Below, one piece after another: positions 53,730 through 62,549 of a stretch of DNA of 64,000 bases (its first letter is position 1; each line of letters begins with the position of its first letter). This DNA comes from an uncultured Bacteroidia bacterium (lineage in GTDB: Bacteria; Bacteroidota; Bacteroidia; Bacteroidales; F082): the NCBI GenBank assembly GCA_902799345.1, contig CADBZW010000020.1:50603-114602 (forward strand), written 5' to 3'. The notes beneath the pieces are model-generated. The model made no database searches. It was not told the DNA's origin and saw only the letters and a program-made list of their open reading frames with translations. Made by a program: the position numbers and the translations under genes.

Positions 53730-54581
53730 ATGACGGCATCCCTGAATCCTTATATCTCACAGTTCGGTGAGGAGTTTGATGCCGAGAAGTCATCGCAGTA
53801 CAGAATGGCCATCCAATGCGCATTGGGTGGTCTTTCTTTTGCCCTTCTCGACACCACGACCCGTACCCTCGTCGGCGTGGAGTTTTACCAGTCGGATCTG
53901 CTCACCGACAGCGACGACCTCTTCCGCACCTTGGAACGTGCCTCGGAGTCCAAAGGATTGAACAACAGCAGCTTCCATTCAGTATCCTTCCTCGTCGACA
54001 ACCGCTATTGCACCCTCGTCCCCGAGCCGTTGTTCAACGAAGCCGACCAAACCAAATACCTCGACTTCGGCTTCCAGATCCCTGAAGGCTATGCCGTCGT
54101 CTCGGAGCCTATACAGTCGGTGCCCTGCCACCATGTCTTTGCCCTTCCGAAAGCACTTCAGGACAAGATACAAGCCAGATGGAAAGAAGCCGTCATCACT
54201 CATTCAAGCAGCGTCTTTATCGACAGCATATTGAAAAGTGACACAAACCACGGTGTTTTCGTCCAAGTCCGCAACCGCGACTTCGACATGCTCGTCAAAA
54301 AAGAAGGCAAGTTGGTCTTTTTCAACAACTTTAAGTTCAACACCAAAGAAGACTTCGCCTATTTCCTGCTGTTCGCCATGGAACAAAACGGCTGCTCGGG
54401 ACAAGACACACCCGTTTGTTTCTCGGGCCTCATCCGTCCCGCCTCCGACATCATTGACCTCTGCGGACGCTATGTGAAAGACATCCATTTTGTGGACGAC
54501 CCGCATCGGCTCACGGTCAGCAAAGCCTTGAACGAAGTACCGTACCAGTATTATTACACCCTTTACCAAGCACTGCAATGA
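53730..54581 (+). CDS. Conserved hypothetical protein (possibly DUF3822-like), upstream partner of rsmD
   Basis: The ORF is 283 aa with normal composition and overlaps rsmD by 4 nt. The family assignment is from memory of Bacteroidales synteny only. Confidence 0.5.
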   Translation: MTASLNPYISQFGEEFDAEKSSQYRMAIQCALGGLSFALLDTTTRTLVGVEFYQSDLLTDSDDLFRTLERASESKGLNNSSFHSVSFLVDNRYCTLVPEPLFNEADQTKYLDFGFQIPEGYAVVSEPIQSVPCHHVFALPKALQDKIQARWKEAVITHSSSVFIDSILKSDTNHGVFVQVRNRDFDMLVKKEGKLVFFNNFKFNTKEDFAYFLLFAMEQNGCSGQDTPVCFSGLIRPASDIIDLCGRYVKDIHFVDDPHRLTVSKALNEVPYQYYYTLYQALQ

Positions 54582-55135
54582 GAATCATAAGAGGACGATA
54601 CCAACGTAGACAGATCACGGCACCCAACAACCTGCCTGTGCGCCCCACCACCGACATGGCCAAGGAAAGCCTGTTCAACATCATCGAGAACCACTTCGAC
54701 TTCGAAGAAACCGAGGCTTTGGACCTGTTTGCCGGCACGGGCAACATCTCCTACGAACTCGTCTCGAGAGGCTGCCCCAAGGTCGTGTCCGTCGACCAAG
54801 ACTTCGGCTGCGTGAAGTTCATCCGTGAGACCGCCAACAAGCTCAACATGAAGGAGTTGCTTGTGGTCCGATCCGATGTGTTCCGCTTCCTCGACAAACA
54901 CCAGATGCAATACGACCTCATCTTTGCCGACCCGCCTTACGACTGCGAGCATTACAACGAATTGGTCAACCTCGTCTTCGACCGCAACCTATTACGCGAA
55001 GGCGGCATGTTCGTCTTGGAGCACGACAAATACCAAAACTTTGAAGAGCACCCGCACTTCATGGAGCAAAGGCATTACGGGAAGGTAAACTTCACCTTCT
55101 TTGCGCAGACCATCGAAGAAGAAACTGAGGATTAA
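54578..55135 (+). CDS. rsmD: 16S rRNA (guanine966-N2)-methyltransferase
   Basis: Contains MRIIRGRYQRRQI...RPTTDMAKESLFNII, the SAM motif DLFAGTGNISYE, and the catalytic FADPPY. Confidence 0.9.
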   Translation: MRIIRGRYQRRQITAPNNLPVRPTTDMAKESLFNIIENHFDFEETEALDLFAGTGNISYELVSRGCPKVVSVDQDFGCVKFIRETANKLNMKELLVVRSDVFRFLDKHQMQYDLIFADPPYDCEHYNELVNLVFDRNLLREGGMFVLEHDKYQNFEEHPHFMEQRHYGKVNFTFFAQTIEEETED

Positions 55136-56940
55136 ATATACCCGAAACGTTTTCTGACCATCTCCTTCTCTTCGTCGCTGCTATCGCGGAAGAGCGGCAT
55201 CACCTCGTCCTCGGGGAAATCAGTGAAAGTGAGGAACAAGAGGCTGTCGAGCGTGTCGTTGAAGTCGGGGTCTACATTGAAACATAAGAACTTGGCGTTC
55301 AGTTTCAGGTATTTCTTGAACAAGGTAGGCAGACGGTATTGGCCGTTGCTCAGGCGGAACATGAACTTGTCGAACTTGTCGATGCTGTCCATGTTGTTTT
55401 TCATCAGCACGTCTGCATCCACCTTGAGGAAGTCTTCATGGAACGGCGTCATCGGCGTGGCCATATGGGCAAGCTCTTCGCTCACGGGATGCTTCTCCGT
55501 GACGTATTTCACAATCATACTCATGTAGAACTTGGGATACCACGAGCTGATGCTCACAGGGCCGATGAAATGGTTGATTTCGGGATAGCGTACCACCACA
55601 TCCGACAAGCCTCTCAGCAGCAACACTAAAGGCAGCACCTCTTTCTGATAGTCGAGGGAGACAAATGATCGTCCCAACTCGATGGTGTGACTCAGCCTTT
55701 CGGAGAATGCCTCGTTGATGTTCACCAAAGAGCTGACATAGAAGCCTTTGATGCCAAACTTGGGAATGATTTCGCTGCCAATGCCCAGTCGATAACAGCC
55801 CGCAATCTTCTGCTTCACGTTGTCCCAAAGGATGAGGTGCTTGAAATGCGAGTCGTACTCATCCTGGTCGAGACGCTTGCCCGTGCCTTCGCCGATGGCA
55901 CGGAAAGTTTCTTCACGCAGACGGGCGATCTCGTGCATCAAATTCGGGATATCCTCATAGTCTGCCAGATAGCAATCGTAATCGGAGGCGGAATACAGGA
56001 ACGACTTCTCGCGGATAGCCTCCAACTCTTTGAGCATCAGCGACAAATCTGACGGAGCATCAATCTCCTCCATCTTCAGTTCTTTCTTTTCCTCAACGGC
56101 TGAGGTAGGAATGTTGGCCTCAAGGGCATAGGATCGGCTACGCAAATAGGCCGCCAAGTCTTTAGGATTCTCGTATGCCTGGATTTCCGCAGACAGAATG
56201 GGCTTGCCAATTTGTAGCTTGAAGCATTGGCCCTGCTTGTTGATCAATTCCTTGGTCAGACGCGCTGTTCCCAGCATGGGATGAATCTTATCTATGGCAT
56301 AGAACCACCTCGAATTGCGACCTTGCCAAAAGACAGGGATGACAGGCACGCCGGCGTTCTTGATGATGCGTGCGATGGAAGTGCTCCATGGCAGGTCCTC
56401 GGGGTAGTCATGTCCATGATAACGCGACACCTCGCCAGCAGGGAAGACACCCAAGCCATTGCCACCTGCGACATGTTGGATGGAGCCCTTGATGCCGCCC
56501 ACACTGCTCTTCCACTCGGGGTTTTTCTCGAACGGGTTGACAGCGAAGAAGCACTCCTTGAGATTGGGAATATGCGACAGGATGAAGTTAGCCATGACCT
56601 TGAAGTCAGGACGCACCTTGGCGATAGCACTCAACAGCATCACGCCCTCGATGGCACCAAAGGGATGGTTGCTGACCACAATGAAACCACCCTCTTTAGG
56701 AATATTCTCCAACTGCTCGGGAGCCACATCAATGCTGATGTTCATGTTCTCCAGCAGGTGGTCGGCGAACTCACGGCCTTGATAATCAGCGGCTCCGTCG
56801 AAGAGACGGTTAATCTTGCCGAGACGAAGGTATCCATAAGCCAGCCCTGCGACGCAGGTGCCGAAAAAGCCTTTCAAACCCAAGGCCTTTTTGAGATCCG
56901 ATGTGGTGACTACTTTTCGCATGATTATGGATGGTCGCAC
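55132..56940 (-). CDS. Bifunctional acyltransferase, OlsF-like (N-terminal lysophospholipid/PlsC-type acyltransferase + C-terminal OlsB-like GNAT N-acyltransferase)
   Basis: The N-terminal half has VVSNHPFGAIEG (HX4-acidic motif) and FPAGEVS. The C-terminal half has REETFRAIGEGTGKRLDQDEYDSHFKHLILWD...CYRLG...ELGRSFV, typical of aminoacyl-lipid N-acyltransferases. Confidence 0.7.
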   Translation of the reverse strand: MRPSIIMRKVVTTSDLKKALGLKGFFGTCVAGLAYGYLRLGKINRLFDGAADYQGREFADHLLENMNISIDVAPEQLENIPKEGGFIVVSNHPFGAIEGVMLLSAIAKVRPDFKVMANFILSHIPNLKECFFAVNPFEKNPEWKSSVGGIKGSIQHVAGGNGLGVFPAGEVSRYHGHDYPEDLPWSTSIARIIKNAGVPVIPVFWQGRNSRWFYAIDKIHPMLGTARLTKELINKQGQCFKLQIGKPILSAEIQAYENPKDLAAYLRSRSYALEANIPTSAVEEKKELKMEEIDAPSDLSLMLKELEAIREKSFLYSASDYDCYLADYEDIPNLMHEIARLREETFRAIGEGTGKRLDQDEYDSHFKHLILWDNVKQKIAGCYRLGIGSEIIPKFGIKGFYVSSLVNINEAFSERLSHTIELGRSFVSLDYQKEVLPLVLLLRGLSDVVVRYPEINHFIGPVSISSWYPKFYMSMIVKYVTEKHPVSEELAHMATPMTPFHEDFLKVDADVLMKNNMDSIDKFDKFMFRLSNGQYRLPTLFKKYLKLNAKFLCFNVDPDFNDTLDSLLFLTFTDFPEDEVMPLFRDSSDEEKEMVRKRFGYI

Positions 56941-57051
56941 TATTTGATTTTAATTGGCAAAAATAATGTTTTTCTCAATTGCAATGCTATTTTTCATAGA
57001 AAATCCATCTCTCAGCCTCCCACTCTTGGAAGAAATGCGTATTTTTGCGCT

Positions 57052-57597
57052 ATGGTGATCATATTCAACAAGCCCTTCGGCGTCCTCAGCCAGTTCACTC
57101 CCGAAGCCGGACACCGTGCCCTCGATGAATTCGGTTTCCCTCCAAATGTGTACGCCGCCGGTCGCCTCGACCATGACAGCGAGGGTGCCTTACTCCTCAC
57201 CGACAACGGACCGCTCATCAAGAAACTACTGGACCCAAAATTTGAGCATCCGCGCACCTATCTCGCGCAGGTAGACGGGCAAATCACGCAAGAGGCTGTC
57301 AACCAGTTGAAAAGAGGTGTGACCATCAAAGGCTACCGCACCAAACCTTGCCAAGCAGAAATCGTCGATGCACCCGAAAACCTATGGGAAAGGGTGCCTC
57401 CCATCCGCTACCGCGCCAACATCCCGACCAGTTGGGTGCGTCTCACTCTCATCGAAGGCAAGAACCGCCAAGTGCGTCACATGACCGCCGCTGTAGGATT
57501 TCCTACGCTGCGGCTCATCCGCATCCAAATTGGCAACATCCCATTGGGTGACTTGCAGCCCGGCGAATGGAAGATGGTCAACGAACGGGTAATTTAA
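57052..57597 (+). CDS. rluE: 23S rRNA pseudouridine synthase, RluE-like (RsuA family)
   Basis: Contains MVIIFNKPFGVLSQF...AAGRLDHDSEGALLLTDNG...GKNRQVRHMTAAVG. The longer tracked ORF (56227-) is antisense to the acyltransferase and is rejected. Confidence 0.85.
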   Translation: MVIIFNKPFGVLSQFTPEAGHRALDEFGFPPNVYAAGRLDHDSEGALLLTDNGPLIKKLLDPKFEHPRTYLAQVDGQITQEAVNQLKRGVTIKGYRTKPCQAEIVDAPENLWERVPPIRYRANIPTSWVRLTLIEGKNRQVRHMTAAVGFPTLRLIRIQIGNIPLGDLQPGEWKMVNERVI

Positions 57598-57601
57598 GAA
57601 C

Positions 57602-57634
57602 AAAAAAAGTCCGCAGACATCTGCGGACTTTTTT
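57602..57634. terminator. Bidirectional rho-independent terminator
   Basis: The sequence is AAAAAAA-GTCCGCAG-acat-CTGCGGAC-TTTTTT, between convergent rluE and the 57655-58689 gene. Confidence 0.75.
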
Positions 57635-57654
57635 GCTTGAATAGGGTTGCAACA

Positions 57655-58689
57655 TCAAGCGACGTCGGCACGAGCCATGGCGTCTTTGTAGTACTTCTGG
57701 TTGACGAAGACGTCTTCCTTGTACGGGTTGATGTGACGTTTCTTGGAAACCGCGATGATGTAGCCAAGAGCGACGATGTTCACTATCAGAGCGAGTGCGC
57801 TGATCACCATCATCATGGTAGGATTGGCCGCCACGACGGAAGGATCTACTGTAGTGCCCACAACGCCATCAACGGCAGCCTGTCCGCCCGCAGCGTACAG
57901 TTTCTCAATGGTAGTGACACCTTCGGGATAGAGAACGGGAAGCGTAGCCCAGCTGAACCATTGACGACCGTCTTTGAAGGTCTCCTGGAAGAGCGGGAAC
58001 ACCTGTGCGAACACAGTCGGGGCAAGAAGCAGGGCGATACCGCAGTACCAGCTGTGCGTCGGCAGGCAGTTGTAGGTGTAGGCGAAGTTCCAGATGTCGT
58101 AGATGACGATGTAGACCCAGGTCATGTCGGCCCAGATCATGTCTTTCTTGTCCTTGGAACCATACACATTCCACCAGGCAGTCATACAGAAGATGTTGAA
58201 CAAACCAGCGACACCATTAAAGACATTGTGCCAGCCACCATATTGCCAAACGCCCTCGGAGGTGAGCCACCATTTGTTCCATCCCATCACGGCGCTCTCA
58301 AAGTCGGAAACGCATGCAATCAAGATGTTGATGGCCACGATGATGAACGGGAAAGGCTTGAACCAGTGCTTGGCACCGATGCCCCATTTGTACTTGATCA
58401 TCATAAAGCCGATACATCCGGCTGTGGCTGCATAAAGCTTGGCATAATGGAACCAGCCTTGCATATAGACATGGGTCTGGTTTTCCAACGCCCACTGTGC
58501 TCCACTGCGGACTCCAAGCCAGATGGCGAGGAAGTAGGCCGTCAAAGCAACGGGAACGACCAAGAAAGTAAAGATACCGCCGAACTTGGTGCGACGGGCA
58601 AACTCGTTCAGTAAGATAAGACCAGCGAGGACAACGAGCATCATTCCCCACTGAGAAAGCGCATTAGCGCCATACACTTGGAAAAACAT
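57655..58689 (-). CDS. Hypothetical polytopic membrane protein (344 aa, Trp-rich)
   Basis: About 9-10 hydrophobic helices are present. It is the last gene of the hypB to hypA strand block. Confidence 0.7.
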   Translation of the reverse strand: MFFQVYGANALSQWGMMLVVLAGLILLNEFARRTKFGGIFTFLVVPVALTAYFLAIWLGVRSGAQWALENQTHVYMQGWFHYAKLYAATAGCIGFMMIKYKWGIGAKHWFKPFPFIIVAINILIACVSDFESAVMGWNKWWLTSEGVWQYGGWHNVFNGVAGLFNIFCMTAWWNVYGSKDKKDMIWADMTWVYIVIYDIWNFAYTYNCLPTHSWYCGIALLLAPTVFAQVFPLFQETFKDGRQWFSWATLPVLYPEGVTTIEKLYAAGGQAAVDGVVGTTVDPSVVAANPTMMMVISALALIVNIVALGYIIAVSKKRHINPYKEDVFVNQKYYKDAMARADVA

Positions 58690-58696
58690 AATTATT

Positions 58697-58735
58697 AGTT
58701 TTAAGTTGTTTAGTTATTCAGTTGTTCAGTTAACG
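58697..58735. repeat. AGTT-type periodic repeat (five AGTT at spacing 7,8,8,8)
   Basis: The units are AGTTTTA AGTTGTTT AGTTATTC AGTTGTTC AGTTAACG. It contains the 20-mer AGTTATTCAGTTGTTCAGTT, identical to 59529-59548. Confidence 0.9.
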
Positions 58736-58780
58736 CTTCGCGTCATTATTAAAAGGGACGGCGAAGCAATCCATAATACA

Positions 58781-59125
58781 TTAAGTCAGTTGGACTTTCT
58801 TTTTGCGCTCTTTCGCCAAAGCATATACCGCCCACACCGCTGTGATTACTAACGACATGGGAACGCCTACGGTGAGCATTTCGCGGAGCATGACGGCACC
58901 GCCTCCCGCATTCTCAAGGGCGGTAAAGAACGGGAAACGCCAAGTGAGTTCGCCGTTGATGACATGATCCACGACCAACATCACCGAACCGCCCCAAAGC
59001 ATCTTCTCCAAAGCCGGCAGATGACGCGCAAAGGCAGAATGATCGCTTCGGTTGTTTTTTTCATTGGATTTGCGAATGGCACTCGTGACCACCGCTTGTG
59101 CTAAAGGTACTACAAAACAAGACAT
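58781..59125 (-). CDS. Small membrane protein (114 aa)
   Basis: The hydrophobic segments are MLWGGSVMLVVDHVI and VGVPMSLVITAVWAVYAL. The start is an ATG. Confidence 0.55.
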   Translation of the reverse strand: MSCFVVPLAQAVVTSAIRKSNEKNNRSDHSAFARHLPALEKMLWGGSVMLVVDHVINGELTWRFPFFTALENAGGGAVMLREMLTVGVPMSLVITAVWAVYALAKERKKKVQLT

Positions 59126-59163
59126 ATACTTGATTATTTGAATTTTAAATTTTGAATTTTGAA

Positions 59164-59505
59164 TTACACAATAATACTATTGATTTCCACTTCGTTACCT
59201 CGCAAAAGCCAGGTGTTTTTGCTGTTACAATAGGGACACGTCTTGCCGAACTTGACCGTTTCGTATTCCTTGTTACAGTCGCCGCAAAGGGTAACCGCAG
59301 GGATGGTGTTAACTTTCATCTCACAGCCCCGAAGGAGGTCTTCCTTGTCGGCAGCCCAACGCCAGCAGTCAGTGAGCAGATGCGGCACCACGGTTGATAC
59401 CTCACCGATGTCCATCACCACGCTGGAGACATGCTCCACATGGTTTTCTTCGGCCACCTGCTTGACGTCCTTGACGATATAGAATACGATTCCTAGTTCG
59501 TGCAC
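59164..59505 (-). CDS. hypA: Hydrogenase/Ni-enzyme maturation nickel metallochaperone HypA
   Basis: The N-terminal Ni site is MHELGI. The Zn site is two CxxC pairs (CGDC ... CPYC). The size is 113 aa. Confidence 0.9.
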   Translation of the reverse strand: MHELGIVFYIVKDVKQVAEENHVEHVSSVVMDIGEVSTVVPHLLTDCWRWAADKEDLLRGCEMKVNTIPAVTLCGDCNKEYETVKFGKTCPYCNSKNTWLLRGNEVEINSIIV

Positions 59506-59513
59506 TGTTATTC

Positions 59514-59548
59514 AGTTATCAGTTGTTCAGTTATTCAGTTGTTCAGTT
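59514..59548. repeat. AGTT-type periodic repeat (five AGTT at spacing 7,8,8,8)
   Basis: The units are AGTTATC AGTTGTTC AGTTATTC AGTTGTTC AGTTTTT. It shares the 20-mer with 58712-58731. Confidence 0.9.
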
Positions 59549-62352
59549 TTTCTTGCCGAAGATGATTTTTCCGGTGCGTTTGAGCATGTAGGGTAGGATG
59601 CCACCGAACTTGTCCTCTGAGGTGCGCATGATGCTGGCATCGGGATTGTCGCGGAAGAGGTGGATGGCATCGAAGCCGCACTTGGTGGTACAGATGCCAC
59701 AGCCGATGCAGCGGTTCTCATCGACCACCGATGCGCCGCACGAGAGGCAGCGGGCTGTCTCTTTTCGCACCTGCTCCTCGGTGAGGGTGACCATATATTC
59801 GCTGAAAGGATTCTCGTTGGCTTTATGGCCTTCCACTTGACGCGAACTGTTGTCGTATGATTCCACGACTCAATGAAGTCGCGGCGGTTGCGCCCGATAG
59901 TCATGTGGCCATGCTGCACATAGCGGTGCAGACTCTCAGCAGCCTCCTTACCAGCGGCAATGGCATCGATGGCGAACTTGGGACCCGTGAAGACGTCGCC
60001 GCCTACGAAGATGTCTTCTTCAGCTGTTTGATACGTCAGTTTGTCGGCAACGGGATACACGCCTCTGAAGAACTCTACCTTGGTGTCCTTGAGCAGATCT
60101 TTCAGAATGACGGTCTGTCCAATGGCGAAGATAACCATGTCGGCATCCAACGTAATCAGTTCATTTTCGTCATATTGTGGGTTGAAACGATGTTCGGCAT
60201 CATAGACCGAGGTGCATTTCTTGAAGACAATGCCGCTGACTTTGCCATCTCCAAGCACTTCCTTCGGTCCCCAACCTGGGTTGATGACCACGCCGTCTTC
60301 GCGAGCCTCTTTGCGCTCTTCAAGCGATGCCGGCATGATGTCTTCTGTCTCCAACGACAGCATTGTCACCGATGTTGCGCCACTGCGTTTGGCCACACGG
60401 GCAGCATCGATGGCCACGTTGCCGCCGCCAACGACTACTACATTGCCCGAAACCTTCGTCTTGCCGCAGTTGGCGTCGTGCAGGAAGTCGATGGCGGTGA
60501 TGGTACCGGGAAGTGTTTCACCCGAAATGCCGGGCAGTTTGCCTCCCTGGCAGCCGATGGCCACATAGAAACCCTTGTAGCCTTGTTCACGGAGTTGTTC
60601 TATGGTGATGTCCTTGCCGACCTCCACGCCCGTGCGAATCTCCACACCGATCTCGCGCATGATGTCGATTTCGGCCTTGATGACGTCCTTATCCAGTTTG
60701 TAGGAAGGAATACCGTAGCGTAACATGCCGCCAGGCTCCTCGCTCTTCTCGAACACAGTGGGCTTGTAGCCCATAGTGGCAAGATAATAGGCGCAGCTCA
60801 ATCCTGCGGGACCGCCGCCGATGATGGCTATCTTTTCCTCCCATTGTTCCTGCACATTCGAGCAGATATTCACCTCTGGCACAAAGCGCGTCTCAGCGTT
60901 GAGGTCTTGCTCGGCAATGAACTTCTTCACCGCGTCGATGGCGATGGGCTGGTCGATGGTGCCACGGGTACAGGCATCCTCGCAGCGACGGTTACACACA
61001 CGACCGCAGACTGCCGGGAAGGGGTTCTCGCGCTTGATAAGCTCCAAGGCTTCGGTATATTTGCCCTCAGCGGCTTTCTTCAGGTAGCCTTGTACGGCGA
61101 TATGGGCAGGACAAGCCGTCTTACAGGGTGCGGTACCCGTAGGATAGCAGTTGATGCGGTTCTTGTCGCGGTAGTCTTCCGTCCACTTATGCGGACCCCA
61201 TTTCTTGGCATCGGGGAGTTCCTGTTTGGGATAGGTCTGCTCGCCATGTTTGGTGCAGAGTTTCTGTCCCAAACGCACAGCACCTGCAGGGCAGTATTCC
61301 ACGCAGCGACCACAAGCCACACAATTCTTCGGGTCTACATGAGCCACATAGGCACTACGCGACATATTCGGGGTGTTGAAAAGCTGTGATGTACGCAAAG
61401 CATTGCATATCTTTACATTACAATTACAGATGGCGAAAATCTTTCCTTCACCGTCAATGTTAGTGACTTGATGCACGAAGCCGTGGTCTTCGGCCTTTTT
61501 CAGGATGGCAATCGCCTCGTCGTAGGTGATGAAGTGTCCACGGCCCGTCTCGGCAAGGTATTCGGCCATGTCACCTACGCCGATACACCAATCGCGGTAG
61601 TCGTCGGCACAGCCTTCGTCCAGTTTTTTGCGTCCGTAGCGGCAGCTGCAGATGCCCACTGCCAGGTGGCCTTCATAGCGCTTGAGCCAATAGGAGATAT
61701 GCTCGATGTCGGCTGTCTCGTTCTCCATCGAGATGGCTTTTTCGACGGGAATCACGTGCATTCCGATACCGCTACCGCCCATGGGCACCATTGGCGTGAC
61801 CTTTTCCAATGGCAGGAAGGTCATGCGCTCGAAAAACATGGCCAGCTCGGGGTGTTTGTCCATCAGCTCCACGTTCATGTTTGTATATTCTGCTGAACCT
61901 GGGACAAACATCGGCACCCAGTAGATGCGGGCGTCACGTTCAAACGAAGTGCCGGCCACAGGTCCTTCCTTGGTGTATTTGTCGCCGTAGTCGTACTCCA
62001 ACATGCCGAAATAGGCCAGCTTGTCCAGAAGTTCATCAAAGGACTTGTCGTCGGGGGTATAGTGCTTCTTGGCGTTCAACTCATGCAATTCGGCATAGCT
62101 GTGATGCTCTCTCACTTTGAAGAAGTTGCCGGGAAGCATATCCAAGAGCAAATCCAACGAGGCCTCGCGGGTAGTGGCATCCATCTCGTCCTCGAAGATG
62201 CAGGCAAGGCCCCAATACTCTGGGGCATCGGTGTCCATCTTGATTTTTCCAGGGATACGATCCGTGACATGACGGACGAATTTCAACAGTTTCGGGTTCG
62301 GGTTTTTGTCGCCTTTGTGCTTAGGGACAAACTTGGTTGACATTTCGGGCAT
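59543..62352 (-). pseudogene. Multidomain Fe-S / FAD oxidoreductase (GltD-like pyridine-nucleotide oxidoreductase core) with a frameshift near 59840-59869
   Basis: The main frame (62352 down to ~59870) carries CVACGRCVEYCP, the GltD-type Fe-S N-domain (CKTACPAHI...CGRVCNRRCEDAC) and the FAD site IAIIGGGPAGLSCAYYL. Its last ~110 codons are S/A/P/R-rich nonsense. The adjacent frame (59543-59866) encodes a clean ferredoxin motif, CLSCGASVVDENRCIGCGICTTKCGFDAI. Confidence 0.7.
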
Positions 62353-62358
62353 AATAAT

Positions 62359-62400
62359 AGTTTGGAGTTTACAGTTGTCAGTTTGCAGTTAATAGTTAAG
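62359..62400. repeat. Six 7-nt units of AGTTnnn
   Basis: The units are AGTTTGG AGTTTAC AGTTGTC AGTTTGC AGTTAAT AGTTAAG, immediately upstream of the oxidoreductase start. Confidence 0.9.
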
Positions 62401-62430
62401 TAATCGTTCAAATAAAGTACAGTATTCTTG

Positions 62431-62505
62431 GCTGTAAGCTATCAGCCGTCAGCTTTCAGCTTGGTAGCATCGTGGCTGACTGCTGATGGCTGACTGCTGA
62501 CGGCC
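62431..62505. repeat. Periodic GCTnnnn run followed by its approximate complement (GGCTGACTGCTGA x2), with hairpin potential
   Basis: The run is GCTGTAA GCTATCA GCCGTCA GCTTTCA GCTTGGT ... GGCTGACTGCTGAT GGCTGACTGCTGAC GGCC. GCCGTCAGC (62445-62453) is complementary to GCTGACGGC (62495-62503). Confidence 0.85.
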
Positions 62506-62549
62506 AAATTTTCTTGCTTTTTATGTAAGCTATTTTGCTCATCTACCTA

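Noticed and set aside
56227-57051. N-terminal 275-codon extension of the rluE ORF.
   Set aside because: It is antisense to the OlsF-like acyltransferase. The RluE homology begins exactly at MVIIFNKPFG (57052), just after a promoter box.
59527-59866. The last ~110 codons of the 941-aa frame as the genuine C-terminus of the oxidoreductase.
   Set aside because: The composition is S/A/P/R-rich nonsense, while the overlapping frame encodes a perfect 4Fe-4S ferredoxin motif. I interpret this as the out-of-frame read after a frameshift.
41199-62505. The short periodic repeats (GTCCCG-, AGTT- and GCT-type) as CRISPR arrays.
   Set aside because: The units are only 7-8 nt with no unique spacers. Each array is under 90 bp, and no cas genes are present.
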